From contig JAQBHL010000368.1 of NCBI GenBank assembly GCA_032127745.1, positions 2,184-66,183 of the forward strand: 64,000 nucleotides of DNA. The letters run 5' to 3'. The notes under the pieces were generated by a model. It did no database searches and was not told the DNA's origin. It worked only from the letters and a program-made list of their open reading frames with translations. Position 1 is the stretch's first letter; each line of letters starts with the position of its first letter. Shown here piece after piece: positions 57,026-64,000 of the stretch. Both the position numbers and the translations under genes were made by a program. The stretch comes from Acidobacteriota bacterium (GTDB lineage Bacteria > Acidobacteriota > Vicinamibacteria > Fen-336 > JAGNNV01).

Positions 57026-57112
57026 CGCCGGAGTGGCGGAACTGGCAGACGCACGGGACTCAAAATCCCGCGTTGCTCGCAACGTGTGGGTTCGACCCCC
57101 ACCTCCGGCACC
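57026..57112 (+). tRNA. tRNA-Leu (anticodon CAA)
   Basis: GCCGGAG acceptor stem, D arm GCG/CGC, anticodon stem-loop CGGGA-CTCAAAA-TCCCG, long variable arm, T arm GTGGG-TTCGACC-CCCAC, 3' CTCCGGC-A-CCA encoded. Confidence 0.85.
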
Positions 57113-57180
57113 ATCGTCCCCCAAAGGGTCTCACCGCCGCCATTCGCGGCCTCAGACCGGAGTCGCGAATTCCAACCGAT

Positions 57181-57998
57181 TGGCCACCGTGAATTCTTCG
57201 AAGATCCTGGGCGCGACCCTGGCCGCGGTCCTGTCCATGGGCAGCCCGGCGTCGTCGGACGAGGGAGTCAGGTTTCTGCCTTTCATGGGCCCTCGCCTCG
57301 AAGCGGCCCGCTATTCGCCCGCGGACGAAGCGTTCGCCTGGGTGGGCTGGATCGGAGCCACCGTCGATCTGGTCGAAAAGGGAAAATGGTCGGCCTATTT
57401 CAACCCGGACGTCGAGACCATCCTCGGGCATCGCGTCCGATCCTTCGAGGCGGTGCAGGCGAACTACTCACTCGAAGTCGGCGTGGGCCGGGAGGTGGGC
57501 CGCGGCCGGGTCTCATCCTTCTTCCATCACGTGTCCAGGCACGTCCTGGACCGGGATAAGTCCGAGGCCGTCGATTGGAATTTCCTCGGCGCTCGATTCG
57601 AGTCAGGCTGGCCGCAGAGGTGGAATCGCCGGGGCGGTTTTCAGACCTCCCTGGCCGCCGCCACCCTGGCCACGACGGTGGAGTACAAATGGGAGGCGCG
57701 GTTGTCCGCGGACATCGATGTGGTGCGGAAGAACAACCTGGCCCTGTTCGTGCTCGCCGATGTGCGTCACGTGGGTGCGGCGGCCACCCCTGATTCGCCC
57801 CGGGATCAGTTGACCGATGTGCGGGCGGAAACGGGATTCAGACGCTGGCAGGAGAAGTCCCTGTTCGACCTCTTCGTGGCTTACGAGCACCGAAACGATG
57901 CGCTGATCCCTCGCGCTCTGGCCAGGGACAGGGCTCTGTTCGGCTTTCGATTGAGAGGAAGCACGCGTTCCACGCCCGCGATCGTGCCGCTACCCTGA
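57181..57998 (+). CDS. Hypothetical secreted/outer-membrane protein (beta-rich)
   Basis: Signal-like N-terminus (ATVNSSKILGATLAAVLSMGSPASS), alternating hydrophobic pattern. Start is uncertain (TTG 57181 or GTG 57190). Confidence 0.45.
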
Positions 57999-58040
57999 GG
58001 GGTCTTGCCCTTCGGCCGCGAATCCTCGCGCGCCGCGAGG

Positions 58041-58373
58041 CTAGGAGGGCTCGCCGCTTCCGCCCAGAATCGCCTTCAACTCCTTGCCCATCCGGAAGTA
58101 GGGCACGCGCTTGGCCGGCACTTCCACGCGCTCGCCGGTCTTCGGATTGCGTCCCTTGCGAGGGGCCCGCGACCGGAATCGAAATGAACCCAGTCCGCGG
58201 ATTTCCACTTCCTCGCCTTTCTTGAGAGCGGAAACAACGCCCTTCAGGAACGAATCGACCACGATGGCCGCCTGAACCTGGGTGAAGTCGAGACGTCGTG
58301 CGACTCCGGCCACGATGTCGGCCTTGGTGAGGGATCGCTGGGCAGGACCCTTTTCGTCGGAAGTGTCAGACAT
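58041..58373 (-). CDS. HU/IHF-family nucleoid-associated DNA-binding protein
   Basis: ...LTKADIVAGVARRLDFTQVQAAIVVDSFLKGVVSALKKGEEVEIRGLGSFRFRSRAPRKGRNPKTGERVEVPAKRVPYFRMGKEL is a canonical HU/IHF fold sequence. Confidence 0.85.
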   Translation of the reverse strand: MSDTSDEKGPAQRSLTKADIVAGVARRLDFTQVQAAIVVDSFLKGVVSALKKGEEVEIRGLGSFRFRSRAPRKGRNPKTGERVEVPAKRVPYFRMGKELKAILGGSGEPS

Positions 58374-58409
58374 AGGTGCACTTAGAGTGTACCAAAGAGC
58401 GTCGCCGAT

Positions 58410-59597
58410 CTAGGGGTTCTCCGCCGGACGGCGGAATGTCGATCCCATGAGACGGAGTTCGGAACTCCCTCCAGTCGGATCCAGGACGAACGACGCTGTC
58501 GTCGTTCCTCGCCACTTCGCGGCCCACTGCGCCATGAAGGTGTCGAAGTTCCAATGCTCGAGGGGACCGTCAAAAGCATCGCCATATCTGGCGTGCAGGG
58601 TCCCGTCGGCCGGGTTGAACGAGATCTCCACATCGCCATGCAAAGGATCGGAATACCGTCCGGCGTAGGCGCTCAGGGGCAGGGACGGTTTGGTGCCGAG
58701 CACGCGCAGGTCCGCCTCCTTCTTCACCACCTTCTGGCCTTCCTCCTCCAGGCGGGCATAGAGCACACGCATCTCCGTGCTCCAGTCCCGCGGGGGGCGG
58801 CCGAGCAAGCGATCGAACGCGGTCAGCATCAGGGCATGACGAAGCTCGGCGTGATCGAGGTTGCCCAGAATGTAGATCCCGATACCCTCGGAACGAATCA
58901 GTCCGCAGATCGCCACCATTGGGTTTCGATGAAGCGCTCCCAGGACATGCCGCTCGCCGCCTCGATCACCGCCCCCGCCGCCGCGTACATGATGTTCTGG
59001 TAGATGAAACTCGACCTCACCGGATAAGCAGGGTCGACCAGGCGCAGGCGCTCGAGAACGGCACGTCGGGAGTGGGTCTGCCCGTACCAGAGATAGTCGG
59101 CGTTGGGCAGGCCGGCCCGGTGGGTGAGGAGGTCCCGGATCGTGATCTCGCGCGTCATCCGCGGATCCTGAAGCACGAACTCAGGGCAGGTGCTTCGTCA
59201 CCGCATCGTCCCAGCCCAGCCTCTTTTCTTCGACCAGCATGCCGATCGCGGCGGCGGTGATGGCCTTCGTGGTGGATCCGATGGCGAAGAGGGTGTGAGC
59301 GTCGACGAGGTCGTGATGTCCGATGTCCCTGAGGCCGTAGCCCCTGGAAAAGATCACCTCGCCCTCCTTCACCACGGCGATGGCAAGGCCGGGAGTCCGC
59401 CAGTCCTTCACCGCCCTCACGACCTGGGCGTCGAAGCCGGCGAGCGGGTCGGGCCTGGGAGTGGACCTGGGGGCGGGGGCGGAGGCGCCCAGGGACAATG
59501 CCGCCAGCAACAGGGGGAGAGCGGGAGTTGGATTCTTCATGCCAAACGCAATCTGTCGCGCCTCGGTCGGGTCCACGCTCCCGGGGGTCCGCACCAC
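58410..59597 (-). pseudogene. Serine hydrolase (beta-lactamase/transpeptidase-like) with at least two frameshifts
   Basis: Three consecutive ORFs in different frames carry the N-terminal SxxK (GSTTKAIT), middle YxN (YQNIMY) and C-terminal parts. The junction near 59178 looks like a +1 insertion (CACCTGCCC-T-GAGTTCGTG). Confidence 0.5.
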
Positions 59598-60175
59598 TAC
59601 TTGAGGTCGATGATCACGGGACGCCAGGTCGCGGGATCGCCGGACAGGCCGTCCGGGGCGCTCACCACCTCGACCCGCGAAGGCGCGATGCGATACAGGG
59701 TGTAGGAATCGGGCTTATCGCGAGGGAAGAAGGTCTGCCACTCATCCTTGTGGTGGGATCGCTTCTCGGCCTCTCCGGCCTCGACGGCACGGCCGATGAG
59801 GGTGACGTAGGCCGGACGGGCCGCGTCGAAGTACAACAGGGTGACCCGGGCGTCGCGCCGGATCTCGGCCACTTTCCGGCTTCGGGGGTTGGTGGCGACG
59901 TAGACGGTGAGGGAGGCACCGGGAGCGAGCGGATCCATGATCCGCGCCTGGGGTTGATGCCCCTCGCCCAGCGTGACCAGGGTGCAGTAGCGGGCCGCGA
60001 CCATGATCTGGCGCGCCACCTCCAGAACCCGGCCAACGTCCCTGCTCTGCGACTGGTCCCTGGGCGAGGCGGCGGCCTGGGCCCCGGCCGCCGATCCGTT
60101 CTCGGGCATGGCCAGACCCAGCGCCAGGGTGAGGCCGCAGAGCACCCCGGTTGCCACCGCGGGCCGGGCCCTCAC
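59597..60175 (-). CDS. Pyridoxamine 5'-phosphate oxidase-like (FMN-binding split-barrel) family protein, secreted
   Basis: Signal peptide, then ...CTLVTLGEGHQPQARIMDP...TVYVATNPRSRKVAEIRRDARVTLLY... Confidence 0.65.
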   Translation of the reverse strand: MRARPAVATGVLCGLTLALGLAMPENGSAAGAQAAASPRDQSQSRDVGRVLEVARQIMVAARYCTLVTLGEGHQPQARIMDPLAPGASLTVYVATNPRSRKVAEIRRDARVTLLYFDAARPAYVTLIGRAVEAGEAEKRSHHKDEWQTFFPRDKPDSYTLYRIAPSRVEVVSAPDGLSGDPATWRPVIIDLK

Positions 60176-61299
60176 TCGACGAGGTGGATCGGCGATTCGC
60201 GATACGCCTTGAGTGCCGCCACCAGCTTCTCGAGGTCCTCGTCGTTGTTGTAGAAGTGCGTGGCCACCCGAATTCCTTCCGGTTTCTGGGTCACGATGAT
60301 GTTCTCGCCGCGAAGGAATTCCGTGGCGTCGCTCGGATTCTCGAGGGCCACCAGGGTCTCTCCCGACCGACCCGAACCCGAAGGGGAAAGCACCTCAAAG
60401 CCCTCGTGAAGCAGGGCGGAGGTCAAGGAGGTGTTCAGTTGCAGAACCCGCGCCTGGATCCGCTCCCGGCCAATGCCGTCGAGGTAGGACACCGCGGCCC
60501 CGAGGGCGAAGATTCCGGGAAAGGCCGGACACCCGTACTCGTAGCGGCGGGCGGTCCCCACCGGGACACCGGCGCGATTGTTGAAAGCAAAAGGGTCCTT
60601 CACGCTCCGCCAGCCGAGTCCCCGGGGCGGGCGCTTCAGCAACTCCCGGCTGACGTAAACGAATCCGGCGCCGTATCCAGCCCCCAGCCACTTGTGCCCC
60701 GCGCAGGCAAGCCCGTCGATCTTCATGGCCTCGACGTCGACCTGGAAGGCCCCCACCGACTGCGACCCGCAGACGATCAGGGGGCGCCGGCCCTTGTGCC
60801 CACCGAGGGCCTCGAGGTCGATACGGAATCCGTTGGAGAACTGAACATGGCTGACCGCGATCGAAGCGGTGCGCGGGGCGTGAACTTCGTCGAACATCTC
60901 CAGGCGAAGCTCGCCCTCGATGGCGGGAACGAACTGCATCTGAGCGCCGCGGTGCAAAAATGGCAGGGTTACGGTGGGGAACTCAAGCTCGTCCGACAGG
61001 ACGGGGCCATCCGGGGCCACCAGATCGGCCAGGATGTTCATCCCCTCCGAGGTGTTGGCGACGAACGCGATCTCATCCGCCTGGGCGCCGATGAAACGCG
61101 CCACCCGTTCCCGCACGACTTCGGCCTGGGCCAGCCAAAGATCCCAGGGGTCGTCCCCGTTCTGTTCGAACTCCAGGAGATAGCGCTCCACCGCCTCGCG
61201 CACCCACCTGGGCGTGACCGAGGCGGCGGCGGCGTTGAGATAGACGCGGTCCTTGATTCCCGGAAAATCCTGGCGGAGTTCCTCCCATTCGCGACTCAT
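60172..61299 (-). CDS. Aminotransferase class V-fold PLP-dependent enzyme (cysteine desulfurase/SufS-like)
   Basis: 375 aa. PLP-lysine region [15 protein letters not shown] and fold-type I blocks. Confidence 0.75.
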   Translation of the reverse strand: MSREWEELRQDFPGIKDRVYLNAAAASVTPRWVREAVERYLLEFEQNGDDPWDLWLAQAEVVRERVARFIGAQADEIAFVANTSEGMNILADLVAPDGPVLSDELEFPTVTLPFLHRGAQMQFVPAIEGELRLEMFDEVHAPRTASIAVSHVQFSNGFRIDLEALGGHKGRRPLIVCGSQSVGAFQVDVEAMKIDGLACAGHKWLGAGYGAGFVYVSRELLKRPPRGLGWRSVKDPFAFNNRAGVPVGTARRYEYGCPAFPGIFALGAAVSYLDGIGRERIQARVLQLNTSLTSALLHEGFEVLSPSGSGRSGETLVALENPSDATEFLRGENIIVTQKPEGIRVATHFYNNDEDLEKLVAALKAYRESPIHLVE

Positions 61300-61331
61300 G
61301 GCAAGCAGAGAATACTTCGTTTGGACGGAGG

Positions 61332-63326
61332 ATGGCGGGCCGGAGTCGAACTCTCAAACTCCGATATGCTCCGCCGTTCATGAATCCATCGGGCGATCGC
61401 GACGCCTCGGAATTGAAATCGTTCCAGGTCGCCCCGGTTCGGGACCGGCGCTGGCTGGGGGACTGGCTCTTAAAGGGCCACGACGAGCGGGCAGAGCAAC
61501 AATCGACCGCCCCGTGGTGGCAGGTCATGTGTCTCACCGGCGTCGACTACTTCTCGACCCTCGGCTACCAGCCGGGCATCGCGGTTCTGGCCGCGGGCAT
61601 GCTCTCGCCCATTGCCACCCTGATCCTCGTGCTCGTGACCCTGTTCGTGGCCCTGCCCATCTACGGTCAGGTGGCGAAGCATTCGCCCCACGGACAGGGG
61701 AGCATCCTGATGCTCGAGGAGTTGCTGCCCCGCTGGAAAGGGAAGGCCTTCGTGCTGGTCCTGCTCGGTTTCGCCTTCACCGATTTCATCATCACGATGA
61801 CCATGTCCGCGGCCGATGCCACCGCTCATATCGTCGAGAACCCCTACGTGCCCGATGCCGTCCGGCAACACGTGGTGCTGGTGACCTCCCTGCTCCTGGT
61901 CGCGCTGGGCGCGGCCTTTCTCCGCGGATTCAAGGAAGCGATCAGCGTGGCCGTCCTGATCGTGGTCCTGTATCTCTTGCTGAATCTGGTGGTGGTGGGG
62001 CGCGCCGCGGCGGAGGTGTTTTCTCACCCGGAAGCGATCCGTTCATGGTGGGGTGGCGTGCTGGGGAGGCACGGCAGCCCGTGGATGGCCATTGGCCTCG
62101 CCCTCTTCCTGTTTCCCAAGCTGGCCCTGGGCCTGTCGGGCTTCGAAACCGGGGTCGCGGTGATGCCTCTGGTGAGGGGGCGAGCCGACGATCTCCCGGC
62201 TCGACCCGCGGGACGGATCCGCAATACCCGGAAGCTGCTGGCCACGGCCGCGCTGATCATGAGCTTGGCCCTGATCGCCTCCTCGTTCGTCACCACTCTT
62301 CTCATCCCCGCGCCGGAGTTCGAGCAAGGGGGTCGAGCGTACGGTCGGGGACTCTCGTTCCTGGCCCACGGGTTCATGGGCGACAATTTCGGGACCCTCT
62401 ACGACCTGGTCACCATCGGGATCCTGTGGTTCGCCGGGGCCTCGGCCCTGGCCGGGCTCTTGAACCTCGTGCCCCGATATCTCCCTCCCTACGGCATGGC
62501 CCCCGACTGGGCCCGGGCCAACCGGCCGCTGGTTCTCGTCTTCACTCTCATCGCCCTGATCGTCACCGCCTTTTTCGACGCGAATGTGAACAAGCAGGGT
62601 GGGGCCTACGCCACCGGCGTGCTCGTGCTCATGACCTCGGCGGCGGTGGCGGTGACCATCGCGCACCGGGGATCGCGCTCCCGTTTTGCCTACGGCTCGA
62701 TGGCCCTCATCTTCGCCTACACCACCGCCCTCAACATCTACGAGCGTCCGGAAGGGCTCAAGATCGCATCGATCTTCATCGCGGTCATCGTAGGGGTGTC
62801 CATCGTTTCGCGGGCCATGCGATCGACGGAGCTCCGGATCGGCCAGGTGACCTTCGGTCCCATGGCCACGGAGTTCATTTCCAGCTTCGGCGCCCTGCCG
62901 GTTCGGATCATCGCCCACCGGCCCGACAAGCGGCGCCTGGAGGAATACGAGAAGAAGGAGCTTCAGGCGCGCGAGGATCACTCGCTCCACAACGGCGAAC
63001 CGGTGGTGTTTCTGGAACTCGTGCAGGGCGACGCGTCGGCCTTTGCGGATGACATCGAGGTTCGAGGGGTGAAGATCGGTCCGCATCGGATACTCCGCTG
63101 CACCGTGCCCGCCATTCCGAACGCGATCGCCGCGATCCTGCTGAAGGCCCAGGCCGCCTCCGGTCGAACCGCACATGCATATTTCGGCTGGACGGAAGGG
63201 AATCCCATCTCCTTTGTGTTGAAATACATTTTCCTGGGCGAGGGAGACACCGCGCCCGTGACTCGTGAAGTCCTGCGGCGGGCGGTCAAGAACCCGCTGG
63301 ATCGCCCCAGGATTCATGTCGGCTAA
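61332..63326 (+). CDS. APC-family amino acid permease with long C-terminal cytoplasmic domain
   Basis: 12 predicted TM helices in the first ~450 aa and a ~200-aa soluble C-terminus. Start is uncertain (ATG 61332 or 61380). Confidence 0.7.
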   Translation: MAGRSRTLKLRYAPPFMNPSGDRDASELKSFQVAPVRDRRWLGDWLLKGHDERAEQQSTAPWWQVMCLTGVDYFSTLGYQPGIAVLAAGMLSPIATLILVLVTLFVALPIYGQVAKHSPHGQGSILMLEELLPRWKGKAFVLVLLGFAFTDFIITMTMSAADATAHIVENPYVPDAVRQHVVLVTSLLLVALGAAFLRGFKEAISVAVLIVVLYLLLNLVVVGRAAAEVFSHPEAIRSWWGGVLGRHGSPWMAIGLALFLFPKLALGLSGFETGVAVMPLVRGRADDLPARPAGRIRNTRKLLATAALIMSLALIASSFVTTLLIPAPEFEQGGRAYGRGLSFLAHGFMGDNFGTLYDLVTIGILWFAGASALAGLLNLVPRYLPPYGMAPDWARANRPLVLVFTLIALIVTAFFDANVNKQGGAYATGVLVLMTSAAVAVTIAHRGSRSRFAYGSMALIFAYTTALNIYERPEGLKIASIFIAVIVGVSIVSRAMRSTELRIGQVTFGPMATEFISSFGALPVRIIAHRPDKRRLEEYEKKELQAREDHSLHNGEPVVFLELVQGDASAFADDIEVRGVKIGPHRILRCTVPAIPNAIAAILLKAQAASGRTAHAYFGWTEGNPISFVLKYIFLGEGDTAPVTREVLRRAVKNPLDRPRIHVG

Positions 63327-63338
63327 GGAGTTGTCCGG

Positions 63339-63677
63339 TTGACGAAAGTTCTGAAAGGGTATTTCCTTGTGGTCCTGGTTGCCATGTTCTGGGTCACCTG
63401 GCGCGCGAGCCTTGACCGCGGAGTGATGCAGGCCTTCGCGGAGATCGCCGCCGATCCGTGGGGCCTGGCCACGTTGTTCGACGCCTACTTCGCCTTCCTG
63501 ACCTTCTACTTGTGGCTCGCCTACAAGGAGGCGTCCTGGCTGGCCCGGGCCCTGTGGCTGCTGGGCATCCTGCTGCTCGGCAATTTCGCGATCGCGAGCT
63601 ACGTCCTCCTTCAACTCTTCACTCTGCCACCGGGCGGATCGATGAAGGACCTGCTGATGAGACGCGAGGGATCATGA
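63339..63677 (+). CDS. Small membrane protein (DUF1475-like)
   Basis: TTG start, 3-4 TM. The stop overlaps the next start (ATGA). Confidence 0.45.
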   Translation: MTKVLKGYFLVVLVAMFWVTWRASLDRGVMQAFAEIAADPWGLATLFDAYFAFLTFYLWLAYKEASWLARALWLLGILLLGNFAIASYVLLQLFTLPPGGSMKDLLMRREGS

Positions 63678-64000
63678 CCGCAAACGGGGACCCCGGGTAT
63701 TTTCACCGGTACATCGGCCTGCCGTTCGAAGCCCTCATTCTGCAGGGCAGTTCGACGCGGCAGCTGGCGTTCGCGGTCTCGATCGGTGTGACCTTCGGTC
63801 TATTTCCGATCATGGGCACCTCCATTCCCCTGTGCTTCGTCGCCGCCCTCGCCCTCAGGGCCCCCCAGCCCCTGACCCACGCGGTGAACTACGCCGTGTA
63901 CCCGATTCAGATCCCCATGATCTTCGCGTTTGTCCGGCTGGGAGAGTGGATGGTGGGCGCCCCCAACGTTTCGCTCGCGCCTTCGGAGATTCTTCACCTG
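63674..64000 (+). CDS. Membrane protein (DUF2062-like), 5' part; 3' end outside window
   Basis: Open frame from ATG 63674 to the window end with no stop: MTANGDPGYFHRYIGLPFEALILQGSSTRQLAFAVSIGVTFGLFPIMGTSIPLCFVAALAL... Not in the supplied ORF track. Confidence 0.4.
   Translation, partial: MTANGDPGYFHRYIGLPFEALILQGSSTRQLAFAVSIGVTFGLFPIMGTSIPLCFVAALALRAPQPLTHAVNYAVYPIQIPMIFAFVRLGEWMVGAPNVSLAPSEILHL

Noticed and set aside
1-64000. CRISPR arrays, integrases/transposases, prophage genes, rRNA genes
   Set aside because: None detected on reading. No regularly spaced direct repeats. The only tRNA is tRNA-Leu at 57026-57112, with no integrase nearby.

Overview
High-GC (~68%) bacterial chromosomal segment; the gene content (many duplicated-FtsX ADOP/MacB-like permeases, sigma-54 regulation, Wzc-type tyrosine kinase, c-di-GMP enzymes) suggests Acidobacteriota/Gemmatimonadota, though phylum is not proven. 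Coding density is high on both strands. Main content: (i) housekeeping and metabolic genes (mmsA 3' end, efp, tgt, helicase, D-aminoacylase, saccharopine dehydrogenase family, HU/IHF, one tRNA-Leu(CAA)); (ii) a polysaccharide/c-di-GMP block (Wzc-like BY-kinase, REC-PP2C phosphatase, two GGDEF proteins including one fused to PilZ, SGNH hydrolase, polytopic membrane protein); (iii) six intact and three decayed ADOP/MacB-like permeases, including a macA - ATPase - 3 permeases - ATPase operon flanked by an NtrC-type sigma-54 activator and a sensor kinase; (iv) accessory items: an AhpD-like gene with an in-frame TGA at the catalytic CxxC position (candidate selenoprotein with CxxU), a PqqD/RRE-like protein carrying a Cys-rich tail next to a methyltransferase, two NTP_transf_5 nucleotidyltransferase paralogs (one frameshifted), a Tgt-MnmC-like fusion, a low-GC secreted Cys-rich protein, a carbamoyltransferase with an SxtJ-like partner, and several homopolymer-associated frameshift pseudogenes. 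Coordinates for starts and small motifs are hand-derived and may be off by a few nucleotides.
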